From the NCBI GenBank assembly GCA_012033495.1, contig JAAUQT010000001.1, positions 9,204 to 73,203 of the forward strand: a stretch of 64,000 bases of DNA, in the 5' to 3' direction. Both the position numbers and the translations under genes were made by a program. Shown piece after piece: positions 1-10,035 of the stretch. The stretch comes from Cyanobacteria bacterium RM1_2_2 (GTDB lineage Bacteria; Cyanobacteriota; Cyanobacteriia; Elainellales; Elainellaceae). Position 1 is the stretch's first letter, and every line of letters starts with the position of its first letter. Under the pieces are notes generated by a model, which saw only the letters and a list, made by a program, of their open reading frames with translations, had not been told where the DNA came from and searched no databases.

Positions 1-2
1 AA

Positions 3-407
3 AACAAACTTAATCAGGAAAAAGGCTCTGCCAAAGAACACTACGAATTAGGCAGCATTTTGCTAGATAAACGGCTCTATAGCCAGGCGATTAGCCAGTT
101 TCAGAAAGCGCTGAAAGCGAAGGATTTAGAAGGCGCAGAAAATGTTGCCCTGGTTTACAATGCCTTGGGCTTCACCTACGCGGCCCAAGAGCAATATGAC
201 CTGGCCATTCGTCAATATAAAGAAGCCTTACAGCAACTCCCTGAATATCCAACGGCGCTGAATAACTTGGGGTTTGCCTACGAGAAAAAGCAGCTAATCA
301 CGCAGGCCCTCGAAGCCTACGAATCAGCCCTGTCTTTTGAACCGAAGAACGCCACAGCCAAGCGTCGGGCAGAATCTTTGCGGAAGCGGCTTGTGCCCTC
401 ATCCTAG
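3..407 (+). CDS. TPR-repeat protein, 5' end outside the window
   Basis: The frame is open from base 3, with no stop before the track ORF at 60. Segments such as ALVYNALGFTYAAQEQYDLAIRQYKEAL and PTALNNLGFAYEKKQLITQALEAYESAL fit the 34-aa TPR pattern. Confidence 0.7.
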   Translation, partial: NKLNQEKGSAKEHYELGSILLDKRLYSQAISQFQKALKAKDLEGAENVALVYNALGFTYAAQEQYDLAIRQYKEALQQLPEYPTALNNLGFAYEKKQLITQALEAYESALSFEPKNATAKRRAESLRKRLVPSS

Positions 408-420
408 TCTGTTAGCTGGA

Positions 421-520
421 GTTGGGGCAGGTTTAGCCAAAACCTAACGGTTTTACAGATGATTAAGCTGCAAAACCTGCCCCGACCAGGGTTCCGTTGG
501 CTGGGAAAATCCCTTTCCGG
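421..520. repeat. Hairpin (MITE-like) element, family A copy
   Basis: GGGGCAGGTTT (424-434) pairs with AAACCTGCCCC (473-483). The roughly 100-bp sequence aligns by eye with copies at 12441, 12868, 6666 (inverted) and 49780 (inverted). It lies between convergent genes. Confidence 0.6.
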
Positions 521-538
521 TTCAGCGACGAAACTGCT

Positions 539-1360
539 TCAAAACTGCACGGTCGGCCAATTTAGCTCCCGATAATAGCGAGTCATATCTTCAAACTTAC
601 GCAGTTCGGCGCGATGTACCCAAATATCCTGTGGGCCCGTTTCTAGCCACCATTCGTTAAGCTGAATGAGTTGTTGAGCGAGTTGATCCCGATCGGCGGT
701 TGCTGCCCCGGCGCCGAAATAACCCAGCGTAATGTGAGCCGTGAAGTTATATTGCTGCTCGATTCCTAGAGCAATCAGGTTTGAGTTTTGGTAGATCATC
801 CGGCGTAGCTCAACCACGCGATTGTAGGAGTCTTCATCTTTAGGAACCAGACAGACCCCGATCGCTCGCGTTCGCAAGAATAGCCCAATGATTTGCCAAT
901 AAACTGGCTTGTCAGATTGGATACTCGCTTGGCTTTTCTGAAAACTTTCTGCCACCCGATCATGCAACTGCTGCTCAAAATGAGGATCTTCACTGGCATC
1001 TCGATAGGCGCTGGCCCAAATCAGGTCGGCTAGGGTAAAGTGAAAGCTTTGGGCAGGAACAGGTACAACCAAATTGGGTTCTAGCCGCTCTAAGACCTGC
1101 TGTTGATATTCGGCTAAACGACTGTAGAAGCCAGCATTTTGGTCGTCGTCGAGCCAAGGTGGAGAGATCACCGTATAGCCTGGAAAGGCAGCAGGCTGAA
1201 TTTCCCCAGCTTCGTTGCGGTAATACTTCGGAGAAGGCTGGATGTACTGCACCTGAGACTGATAAGCCTCTGGGAGTGTTGTCCGCGCCACTCGATTGAT
1301 GTAAACCTGATATGTATCGTCCAACCTTGTTCGCCTCGTGTTCCAAATCAATAATCTCAC
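539..1360 (-). CDS. DUF1868-type protein of the 2H phosphoesterase superfamily
   Basis: 273-aa ORF with two H-x-T motifs (FHFTLADL and AHITLGYF) spaced as in 2H phosphoesterases. The overall sequence resembles the cyanobacterial DUF1868 family as I remember it. The start is a GTG and is uncertain. Confidence 0.65.
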   Translation of the reverse strand: MRLLIWNTRRTRLDDTYQVYINRVARTTLPEAYQSQVQYIQPSPKYYRNEAGEIQPAAFPGYTVISPPWLDDDQNAGFYSRLAEYQQQVLERLEPNLVVPVPAQSFHFTLADLIWASAYRDASEDPHFEQQLHDRVAESFQKSQASIQSDKPVYWQIIGLFLRTRAIGVCLVPKDEDSYNRVVELRRMIYQNSNLIALGIEQQYNFTAHITLGYFGAGAATADRDQLAQQLIQLNEWWLETGPQDIWVHRAELRKFEDMTRYYRELNWPTVQF

Positions 1361-1524
1361 CAGATTTTTCGCAGATCTGCGCGATCAATGGTAGATAACC
1401 TGTTAGCAGGCAATCGACACAATGCAAAAAGTCTATGAGCAACCCTCCCTTAATTTAGCGGGAATCTGTCCCCAACGGAGAAAGGAAGCAGAAAATTAGC
1501 AGCAGGAACGCCAGAAACCAAACC

Positions 1525-2508
1525 ATGCCGATTTTTTTATTCTGGGGAGAAGACGATTTTGCGCTCGGTCGGGCCGTGACAGCCTTGCGTCAGCAAACCC
1601 TCGACCCCGATTGGGACGACTTCAACTACACCAAGATTTTGCCAGAACAGCCTGATGCAGTGTCTCAGGGGCTGAATTTAGCCATGACGCCTCCGTTTGG
1701 GAGCGGCAGTCGCCTAGTTTGGTTAGCCGAAACCACGGTCTGTCAGCGCTGCCCTGAGCCGCTGTTAATCGAGCTAGAACGAACGCTGCCTGTGCTGCCC
1801 GAAGCCACCGTTTTGCTGCTCACCACCCCCACCAAACCAGACGGTCGCTTAAAATCGACCAAACTCATGCAAAAATATGGTGAAATTCAGGAATTTAGCG
1901 CCATTCCACCCTGGAAGACCGACTTACTCGCTCAGCGGGTGCGGCAGGCAGCCCAAGAAGTTGGCGTCAAGCTGACCAGTGAAGCCGTTCAAGTGCTCGT
2001 AGAGTCTGTGGGCAACCAATCGCGTCAGCTTTACACCGAGCTAGAGAAAGTGCGTCTCTATGCTGGAGATGATCCGCGTCCCCTTGGCGCCACAATGATT
2101 GCGAACCTGATCACCACCTCCACCCAAAGCAGCTTGCAGCTAGCCGCCGCCATCCGGCAGGGAGAAACCGCTAAAGCGTTGAGTTTGGTGATGGATTTGA
2201 TCAACCGCAATGAACCTGCGCTGCGAATTGTTGCGACTTTAATTGGCTATTTTCGGACGCGGCTGTGGGTGAAGCTGATGGTGGAAGCAGGCGAACGCGA
2301 CGAACGAGAAATTGCCCGCCTTGCTGAAGTCAACAACCCGAAGCAAATCTATTTTCTGAAGCAGGAAGTTAAATCTATCCAACTCGCCGCTTTTCAGCAA
2401 ACCCTGCCGATTCTTTTAGATCTAGAATTTAGCCTTAAGCAAGGTGCAGACCCGCTTCAAGCGCTGCAAATCAAAGCAATCGAGCTTTGCCAAATTTATC
2501 GTTCTTAA
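1525..2508 (+). CDS. holA: DNA polymerase III delta subunit
   Basis: 327 aa. The N-terminus MPIFLFWGEDDF..., the length and the helical C-terminal half are typical of HolA. Confidence 0.8.
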   Translation: MPIFLFWGEDDFALGRAVTALRQQTLDPDWDDFNYTKILPEQPDAVSQGLNLAMTPPFGSGSRLVWLAETTVCQRCPEPLLIELERTLPVLPEATVLLLTTPTKPDGRLKSTKLMQKYGEIQEFSAIPPWKTDLLAQRVRQAAQEVGVKLTSEAVQVLVESVGNQSRQLYTELEKVRLYAGDDPRPLGATMIANLITTSTQSSLQLAAAIRQGETAKALSLVMDLINRNEPALRIVATLIGYFRTRLWVKLMVEAGERDEREIARLAEVNNPKQIYFLKQEVKSIQLAAFQQTLPILLDLEFSLKQGADPLQALQIKAIELCQIYRS

Positions 2509-3236
2509 ACTAAACCCGACCGCAACGCCACCACTGCCGCCTGCACGCGGTCATCCACCGCCAGTTTATCCATGATTGACCGCACATGGCACTTCACCGT
2601 ACTGAGACTGAGGTAAAGCAGCGAGGCAATTTCGGGATTGCTTTTGCCTTCGACCACCAACCGCAACACTTCAAGTTCTCGCTCAGACAACCGCCCTTGA
2701 GTGCCTAGGGGAATGGGCTTTAGATGGTTCAAAACCCGCCGGGCAATCTGCGGATCGAGATAAATTGCGCCTTCTTGAGCCGAGATAATGGCCACCTCAA
2801 GCTGCTCTAAACTGGTGCCCTTGACACAGTAGGCATCTGCTCCACTGGAGAGGGCAGCCATCATTTCATGATCGGCGGTGTGGGAGGTTAGCATCACGAT
2901 GCGCACGTGGGGCATCAGGGATTTAATTCGCTGCGCGGCGGCAATCCCATCTAACTGAGGTAAGCCAATGTCCATGATCACCAGATCAGGACGGAGGGTT
3001 TGGGCTGCTTCTATGCCTGCATAGCCGTCTGCAACTTGACCAATAATTTCAAACTGGGGATAGTCTTCAAAAAACTGCTCCAAACCAAGCTGCATGACCG
3101 GATCATCTTCCACCAGTAAAATCCTGAGAATCGCTGGATTCGCGGATGGAGCAGGTGTAGCCGCAAACAATCTGCCTGATTCAGCCTCAGAAGGATCTGC
3201 GTAGGTGACAGATTCCGGCTGAGTGGGTGTCAACAT
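2505..3236 (-). CDS. NarL/LuxR-family response regulator (REC plus LuxR HTH)
   Basis: Receiver motifs LLVEDDP and DLVIMDIGLP. The C-terminal segment LSERELEVLRLVVEGKSNPEIASLLYLSLSTVKCHV is a LuxR-type HTH. The ATG at 3236 has GGAGGA 6 nt upstream; the track ORF extends to 3272. The stop overlaps the holA stop. Confidence 0.85.
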   Translation of the reverse strand: MLTPTQPESVTYADPSEAESGRLFAATPAPSANPAILRILLVEDDPVMQLGLEQFFEDYPQFEIIGQVADGYAGIEAAQTLRPDLVIMDIGLPQLDGIAAAQRIKSLMPHVRIVMLTSHTADHEMMAALSSGADAYCVKGTSLEQLEVAIISAQEGAIYLDPQIARRVLNHLKPIPLGTQGRLSERELEVLRLVVEGKSNPEIASLLYLSLSTVKCHVRSIMDKLAVDDRVQAAVVALRSGLV

Positions 3237-3626
3237 GGTTATTCCTCCATGCTTTGGTGGGCATTGATGCACCAGATATTGCAGAGCGCGTCATGTAAAC
3301 AAACCCTACAGGCAGAGGGGACAACTGAACTTCACCCGATTGGTTTAATTTCGCGGCTCTGAAATTAAATTGTTTTGACCGTTCATGCCTTTTACCCTTC
3401 CTGTCAGTTATGGCCCATCGGGTGAAGTAAACCCAGAAATGAAATTGATAAAGTTAGGCACTGCTCCATCGTTTTACGGTTTTTCTTGGGGTGAAGGTTG
3501 GTGATCACTGCCGCTTTCACCCTACTTTGTTTCAAAGGTTTCAGAGACTGTTTGAAGAATTGCCTGCTGTGCATTTGTCCAGCAGATTTTTACCTTCCTC
3601 TTCGCTCCCTTTTTTCCATAAACGAT

Positions 3627-5156
3627 ATGGCCGCACAAACCAAGGTTTGGCAATCGCTTAGCAAAATTGGGCATCTTGGAACGCGAGTTCGGCAGAAATT
3701 CAGCGCCCTTTGGCAGCCCTTTGAATCGGCAGATTATTTGGCATGGCGGCATCGATTTTTGACGAACCGAGTGCGATTGTGCTTGTGGGTGGCAGTGCCT
3801 TGTTTCATCACCGTCGTCATTCAAAATTCCCATCAACTCTTTTTCGATGCCCAAGAGTTTGACGAAGAAATTATCCGCTACTTCGGCAATCCCGATCTGC
3901 CGGATCGCGTTCGACAACTTACGGTGATCACCAATTTTGTGATCGGCGTTTTACTGACTGCCTGTTTGATTTTTCAGCGAACTCGCTGGGGGCAACGCTA
4001 TCCGGCGGCGGTGTTCCTTTGCTTTTCCTGGTTAATGACTCTCACCCCGCAAATTGTCGGCACTCACATGGGGTTGCCTGATTCGGGCGGCGGTGGTGGC
4101 GTTTGGTTTCTGGTGTTTTTGGCGCAGGCGACGCTGATTCCGGTGCATTGGCGATTGCATTTGGCGTCTCAGCTAGGGGCTTTTGCTTATTACGTTGGAG
4201 TGAACCCACTGCTGGGAACAACCGCAATTGAAGGCAGGTCGATCTACAGCACTTCTGTATTTATTTACTTATTTTGGTTTTGCTTCATTTGCGATTTGGC
4301 AGTGTATTTATACGAGCGGTTACAGCGGGCTGAATTTGAGTCTCGACGAGAGTTGCGGGTGTTTTTACATGCCGTTTCGCATGATCTGAGAACGCCTGTA
4401 ATGGGGACTTCAATCGTGCTGCACAATTTGTTGAAAAAAGCCGATGACCGTGAAGTAATGGTTAGCAAGACGGTGCTAGAGCGACTGTTACAGGGCAGCA
4501 ATCGGCAGCTTAGCCTGATTCATTCTTTACTGGAAGCCCATGAAGCAGAAGTGCAAACCCTGGTGCTGCATCGACAGCCGCTTCAACTTCGAGAGTTGGC
4601 AAACTCGGTGTTGGCTGATTTAGAACCAGCGCTGACTAAAAACCAAATCACGATTCATCACCACATCAGCCCCAATCTGCCAGATCTAGACGGAGACGCC
4701 ACCCAACTTTGGCGCGTTTACACCAATTTAATCACCAACGCGATTAAGCACAATCCGCATGGCATTGAAGTAACCCTTGGAGCCGAGATACTCCCCTCAG
4801 AGCGATGGAATAGCCTCTTGGCTTATCCTAGCCGCCATTGCCAACGCAAAACTCAGCCATCTCAACCTCGAAATCCAAAATCCGATCCGGGTTGGCTTTG
4901 CGCTTACGTCCAAGACAACGGCATCGGCATTCCTGTCTCTCAGCAAGAACGGCTGTTTGAACTGTATGCTCGTGGCAGCCGCGCCCGCTACATGCCTGGT
5001 CTGGGGTTAGGTTTATATCTATGTCGTCAAATTATTACAGCCCATGGCGGTGAGATGGGAATGATGAGCCATCCAGGAGCGGGCGCTCGCTTCTGGTTTA
5101 CGTTGCCTATCGCTGTTGCGTCACCAGAACCTGCCGCAGAGCCGCCCGCAGCCTAA
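3627..5156 (+). CDS. Membrane-bound sensor histidine kinase
   Basis: H-box FLHAVSHDLRTPV, N-box NLITNAIKHN, G1 VQDNGIGIP and G2 GLGLGLYLCRQI, with several hydrophobic N-terminal helices. It is divergent from the response regulator. The start is taken at MAAQTKVW; the track ORF begins at 3498. Confidence 0.8.
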   Translation: MAAQTKVWQSLSKIGHLGTRVRQKFSALWQPFESADYLAWRHRFLTNRVRLCLWVAVPCFITVVIQNSHQLFFDAQEFDEEIIRYFGNPDLPDRVRQLTVITNFVIGVLLTACLIFQRTRWGQRYPAAVFLCFSWLMTLTPQIVGTHMGLPDSGGGGGVWFLVFLAQATLIPVHWRLHLASQLGAFAYYVGVNPLLGTTAIEGRSIYSTSVFIYLFWFCFICDLAVYLYERLQRAEFESRRELRVFLHAVSHDLRTPVMGTSIVLHNLLKKADDREVMVSKTVLERLLQGSNRQLSLIHSLLEAHEAEVQTLVLHRQPLQLRELANSVLADLEPALTKNQITIHHHISPNLPDLDGDATQLWRVYTNLITNAIKHNPHGIEVTLGAEILPSERWNSLLAYPSRHCQRKTQPSQPRNPKSDPGWLCAYVQDNGIGIPVSQQERLFELYARGSRARYMPGLGLGLYLCRQIITAHGGEMGMMSHPGAGARFWFTLPIAVASPEPAAEPPAA

Positions 5157-5392
5157 CCCCATTTTTACAGCTACTTTTGCAGCTATTTTTGCAAGGATGG
5201 CAACCTCGAAAGGGTGAGGACAAGGGAGGTTTTGGGACTGTGCTCCCAGCTAAGGATTCTACCCCTACAACAACCATATTTTTGCAGTGATATTTTTGTA
5301 GCCAACTGACGCGAAAGTCAGACGAAAGCCCGGCTTTTCGCCTATGGTGGGGATAGACTTCCTGTTCTGTAAAACGCTCTGTAAGCACTGCC

Positions 5393-6646
5393 ATGACCCC
5401 ACCATCAGAGGTAATCCGCCAAAGTGACCTGTTGAATGAACTGGTGCTCAACCGCGACACCCTGGAAGAAATTGGTCGGGTTGAGGTGCTGTGGATGTAT
5501 CCGCAGGCGCATCGGGTGCTGGGATTCATCTGCAAATCAGGACTGTTGGGAAACCAAAAATATGCCTTTCAGCTATCTCAAATCGATGCTTTAGGCGATA
5601 GCGGTGTCATAACCCACGCCCAGCCGCAAAAAACGGAGGCAGAAAAAGTCCGGCAGCTTGAATCTCTGATTGGGCTGGAGATTTGGAGCGATGAAGGAAA
5701 TCGACTCGGCAAAATCATCGACTGTTTGTTTCACTTGCAAACCGGCGAAATCACTCACTACCTGTTTGTTTCGTCGGGTTGGGCAAGTTTAGTTGGCGAG
5801 ATTTATCAACTGCCACCGCCACAGATCCAAAGTTTTGGCAAACGGCGTGTTTTAGTCTCTGAGTCCTCTGCTTCTCGGTTTGACCTGTACCGAGCCGGGA
5901 TTTCTCAGAAACTTAGCCAGGCGAGAGATGCTTTCAAGGAAGAAGCCGTTCAAGAATGGGCAACTATTAGCAAACGGGCAGAATCGACGACGGAACAAGC
6001 CAAAACTCGCGCTCAGCAACTTTCACAGCAGTTTAAGCAGCAGTTCAAGCAAACCACGCAAGTTTGGAATGATCAAGTCAAGGAAAAAACCCAAACCTGG
6101 TTAGAGCAAGCCAAAGAGAAAAGCCAAATTTTGGCAGAACGGGTGAGGGAAAGTACGCAAGCGCTGAGCGAACAAATCGAAGAACAGCTTGAAAGCCTGT
6201 CTGTTCCTGATGATAGATTTCCTGATGATAGATTTCCTGATGATAGGTCATTCGATTTTGACTCTGAAGAAGAGTTTGATCTCGATGATTTTGACCTAGA
6301 AGCAGACTGGTTTGAGGAGCCAGTCGCCCCACCCAAAGCACCACCCAAAACAAGCGCCTCAGCCAATCCACCAGCCAATCCACCAGCCAATCCACCAGCC
6401 AATCCACCGGCCGTACCCCTCAACCCATTCGCCGATTTGCCCGTGGATTTGCCCGTGAATCTACCTGCTGCTTCACCCCCTGATCTGCCTGTGGATCTGC
6501 CTGCCCAAGCCCCAGATACCAGCGATCCTCCCGCTTCATCGGTTCCCTTGCCTCCGCTCCTGCCCAACCTATCCCCCAATCTGCCTCCTGACAACTCACC
6601 CGTCGATCAGTCATCTCTAGACGACGATGATGATCCGTGGATTTAG
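5393..6646 (+). CDS. PRC-barrel domain protein with coiled-coil and Pro-rich repeat tail
   Basis: The N-terminal half has PRC-barrel-like segments (LVLNRDTLEEIGRVEVLWM and LEIWSDEGNRLGKIIDCLF). The middle is Q/K-rich and helical. The C-terminus contains in-frame tandem repeats, PDDRF x3 and ANPP x4. Confidence 0.65.
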   Translation: MTPPSEVIRQSDLLNELVLNRDTLEEIGRVEVLWMYPQAHRVLGFICKSGLLGNQKYAFQLSQIDALGDSGVITHAQPQKTEAEKVRQLESLIGLEIWSDEGNRLGKIIDCLFHLQTGEITHYLFVSSGWASLVGEIYQLPPPQIQSFGKRRVLVSESSASRFDLYRAGISQKLSQARDAFKEEAVQEWATISKRAESTTEQAKTRAQQLSQQFKQQFKQTTQVWNDQVKEKTQTWLEQAKEKSQILAERVRESTQALSEQIEEQLESLSVPDDRFPDDRFPDDRSFDFDSEEEFDLDDFDLEADWFEEPVAPPKAPPKTSASANPPANPPANPPANPPAVPLNPFADLPVDLPVNLPAASPPDLPVDLPAQAPDTSDPPASSVPLPPLLPNLSPNLPPDNSPVDQSSLDDDDDPWI

Positions 6647-6665
6647 AAAAAATTCTCAGAAAAAA

Positions 6666-6745
6666 GATTTTCCCTGGTTAGGGCAGGTTTTGCAGCGGTT
6701 TTTACAGCACACTGCCTGACGCCATCGCTGAACCTGCCCCTACCT
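6666..6745. repeat. Hairpin element, family A copy (inverted orientation)
   Basis: GGGCAGGTTTTGCAG ... GAACCTGCCCC. The left arm matches the copy at 49803. Confidence 0.5.
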
Positions 6746-6832
6746 TCTGTCCTGTATAAATTTAATCCTGCATAAATCCCTGCATCGAGACCTATATCTT
6801 TCTAGCAGGCAAGCGGATGTAGGAGCAGGATC

Positions 6833-7009
6833 ATGCGAGTCAAGTGGGGCAAAATGGCAGCAAAGGTGACGGTGTGGTTGGCGGCTGAAATTCTGTTTGG
6901 TTTGGTGGGATTGGATAGCTTGGCAGACTATGGCGAGTTTACTTTGAATGATGCAACGCTATCTCCGTCAAACTCAGCGCTGCAAATGGTGGTCGGGATA
7001 ATCGGATAA
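6833..7009 (+). CDS. Small hypothetical membrane protein (58 aa, below the ORF-track cutoff)
   Basis: ATG preceded by AGGAG 7 nt upstream. It encodes MRVKWGKMAAKVTVWLAAEILFGLVGLDSLADYGEF..., with one hydrophobic helix. It resembles small conserved cyanobacterial proteins as I recall them; not verified. Confidence 0.4.
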   Translation: MRVKWGKMAAKVTVWLAAEILFGLVGLDSLADYGEFTLNDATLSPSNSALQMVVGIIG

Positions 7010-7044
7010 GTCAACGCCTGTGATTCAGCTTCGTTCGTTAACTT

Positions 7045-7941
7045 CTAAGCCCGCACCTTTGCCAACGCTTGCTGCACCAGTTTGGGAATTTTGGAAGGAC
7101 GATCGGCAACCGGAATCTTGGCCCGCTTTAAGGCTGCCAGCTTGCTTTGGGCTGTTCCCATTTCTGCGCCAATTCCCGCAATTCGAGAAGCAATGATTGC
7201 ACCTGCATGACCGACAGGCTGCCCTTTGGGAGCCGTTGCCCCTGCCACATAAGCCACCACAGGTTTATCGATCGCTTCAGCAATGTAGCGAGCAGCAGTT
7301 TCTTCACTGTCGCCGCCAATTTCGCCAATTAAGACAATCACTTCTGTACGCTCGTCTTCTTCCAGCATTTGCAGCCATTGCTGAAACGAAGAACCCAAGA
7401 TTCGATCACCGCCAATTCCGACTGCGATGGATTGTCCTAGTCCGGCACGAGTCAGTTCTAGCCCCACTTCATAAGTTAGCGTCCCACTGCGGCTAATGAT
7501 GCCCACCGATCCTGGCATATAACAGTGGGGAGGATGAGTCCCTAACAAAATTTGTCCAGGCACGATGATGCCGGGACTGCTGGGGCCGACGACCAATGTT
7601 TCGGTAGCCTCTGCTTCGCGTAAAAGGCGCACAGTGTCTAAAGGGGGCACTCCTTCGGTAATCAAAACCAGTTGCCGAACTCCAGTCGCCATTGCCTCTA
7701 GCGCCGCATCTAAAACCTCATAAGGTGGGACAAAAATCACAGCCACATCTGGAAGCCCAAATTTGTCTACCGCTTGTTCAAGCAAATCAAAAATGGGAAT
7801 CTCTTCGAGTGATTTGCCACCCCAACCAGGGTTCACCCCTGCCACAATCTGCGTCCCATACTGGCACATGACCGGGACGTAAAGAGAACCGAGTGGTTCA
7901 GCAATTCCCTGAACCAACACCTTACAATCTGCAAAATTCAT
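7045..7941 (-). CDS. sucD: Succinate--CoA ligase alpha subunit
   Basis: 298 aa with a CoA-binding N-terminus, SRSGTLTYE and the catalytic-His motif GHAGAII. Confidence 0.85.
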   Translation of the reverse strand: MNFADCKVLVQGIAEPLGSLYVPVMCQYGTQIVAGVNPGWGGKSLEEIPIFDLLEQAVDKFGLPDVAVIFVPPYEVLDAALEAMATGVRQLVLITEGVPPLDTVRLLREAEATETLVVGPSSPGIIVPGQILLGTHPPHCYMPGSVGIISRSGTLTYEVGLELTRAGLGQSIAVGIGGDRILGSSFQQWLQMLEEDERTEVIVLIGEIGGDSEETAARYIAEAIDKPVVAYVAGATAPKGQPVGHAGAIIASRIAGIGAEMGTAQSKLAALKRAKIPVADRPSKIPKLVQQALAKVRA

Positions 7942-7970
7942 AGCCCCACCACTAGTGCCCTCACCTCAGC

Positions 7971-9178
7971 TTACGCGGATGCGAGCAGAAGTGGTTGTTC
8001 CTCTTGTGTAGAAATAGTAGAAGGGGCAGATGGCGCAGAAGCCGTGCGGGCAATTGCTTCAACAATCGCTTCATCCATCGACTCAAACACAGGCACATCC
8101 ATCGCAGCAAGCAAGCCTCTCGCCGACTGAAACTGATCACCTGCCAAGCGCACCACCAGCGGAATTTGACGATTGACAGGTTGCCACTTCAAAAAACCAG
8201 CAATGGCTTCTGCAACTTGCAGACAAGAAATCACACCACCCAAAATGTTGATCAAGACAACTTTAACGCCCTTCTCTTGAGTAATCACATCTAGCCCCTG
8301 CTTCAACCGTTCTTGCAAAACGCTCGGCGGACAGCAATGGCGATAATCGCTGCCTAAGTCAACAAAGTTGGCGGGTTTGCCCTTCAGCTTGTGCAGCAAA
8401 TCTAAAGTAGCCATCGTTAAGCCTGCCCCGCTACACATCACACCGATGTTGCCTTCTAGCTCCACCACATTCACCCCACAGGAAAGAGAGGGTACGGGGG
8501 CTTGGCTGGGAATTGAGTCTACTAGTTCTGCCAGTTCGGGTTGACGACCCAAGGCAGCATCATTCACAATTACCTTGCCGTCTAGCGCCATCAGATGCTC
8601 ATCGGCACTCACAGCCAGCGGGTTAATTTCAACTAAATCTAAATCTCGTTCAATAAATAGCCGATACATCTTCTCGATGACGGCACTCACCGAGCACAGC
8701 AATTTTCCTTCCAGCCCCATTTTGAGGGCTAAGCGGCGAGCATAGAAGGGCGAAAACTCCCGATCGACGATCACTTGCTGCATACCTGCGAGGTGAGCTT
8801 CCACTTCAACCCCACCCGACTGCGAGCCGAGCAGCACCGGGCGGCGAGTTGAGCTATCCAGCGTAACTGCCAAGTAAACTCTCGATCTGAATCATACTTC
8901 GCCTCTGCCAAGAGCACTTTTGGATATTTGCCCATAATCGACAGATGGAAAATCGCTTGAGCCGCCGCAATGGCATCGATTGTGTTTTCAACAAAGCGGA
9001 CTCCACCCACCTTGCCGCGTGCCCCTCTGTAAACCTGGGACTTCAGCACAATGGGGAACGGAATTTTCAACCCCTTTAGATCGGTGGGGCGGTCAATCCG
9101 TTGAGAGGGTAAGACGGGAATTCCCATCTGGCTGAATAGTTCCTTGGCTTGATACTCTAGCAAATCCATTATCTTCAA
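7971..9178 (-). pseudogene. sucC: Succinate--CoA ligase beta subunit, split by a 1-nt frameshift as sequenced (probably an artefact)
   Basis: The ATP-grasp N-terminus (MDLLEYQAKELF..., ORF 8771-9178) and the remainder (AVTLDSSTRRPVLLGSQSGGVEVE..., ORF 7971-8873) join as ...DREF/YLAVTLD if one base is added to the AAA run at 8876-8878. Confidence 0.8.
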
Positions 9179-10035
9179 TCCAAACTGCTGCTAACGAGGA
9201 CAGGAACTTGCGAAGTCACTAGACTAAGCAACTTCGGTTAAGGGAAAGTAAAGGCAGCTTTCTTGAGCGTACCCACGAATTGCATTTGCTGATGCAACAA
9301 AGACTGCATTTTCGGGAAAAAATGACGTAGCTTCTTCCCTCAGCAAATTAACAAAGTGAAACATTCAAACAGCCGTCTCAACTGAGAACCTGACGCTCAG
9401 AACATTCTTTAGAGTACTCAGTTTGTTCCCTCAAGCCTCCTACCAATCGGGAGATAGTGAGGAAACACCCTAGCCGAGATCCTGCTGAATCAACTTGCTC
9501 AGCGCCTTCCAACAACAAGACCAGCACTTTAAATAATAATCAAAGTACTCTACGGCTGCCGCTCCTCACATCGCCGCGCTTTTCAGTCAAAGCATCGACC
9601 CTCCGAAAATCAGAGAGGTAAAAAACAGAGTATATCTACCAGGGTGCTTAACCTTGCTATACGTCTGTTCATCATGGACATAGGAGAACGAAAGCTCAGA
9701 TACTTCCTAGAGCGACAACAGGGTAATTTAGCTTGCTCTCGCTCTCTGTTGGTTTCGATACGGTTTCGACACAGTTTTGATTCTTTGGCTCTGCCTAGAC
9801 TCACCAAGGCAACCTAGAATAAGCGGTGAGCCTGAATCAGATGAACGTTTTGTTGATAGATGCACACTATCATTGCTCATAAGGTTCGTCAACCAGGCTC
9901 AGAGCATCTAGCTTCACCGCAGATTTGGCTATGTGTTAGGGCATTTCCCCCCAGCTAGGATACGCAGAATTTTTTGCAAGAATGCCTCGAAACAGAATGG
10001 CACTCTCCGGCTCGGCAACCCCTTCAGTGATGCTC

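Noticed and set aside
6073-6594. Long antisense or alternative-frame ORFs inside real genes (for example 990-1442, 3522-3917, 6073-6594, 13334-13729, 45127-45432, 56136-56531, 62207-62545).
   Set aside because: They are shadow ORFs opposite or overlapping strongly supported genes. Their translations are low-complexity (Gly/Ser/Arg-rich) with no family resemblance.
9745-9775. A GGTTTCGA..CGGTTTCGACAC string resembling the 5' end of tmRNA (GG.UUUCGAC).
   Set aside because: There is no GGGGC acceptor start and no tRNA-like T-arm or ACCA 3' end within 400 nt on either strand. There is also no tag-peptide reading frame ending in an alanine-rich ...AA-stop.
9610-9807. Track ORFs in otherwise non-coding or repeat DNA (9610-9807, 12409-12654, 12762-12986, 13752-14036, 48170-48454, 23827-24018).
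   Set aside because: They have odd composition (Cys/Arg-rich, low complexity), no ribosome-binding sites, and several lie wholly inside dispersed repeats.
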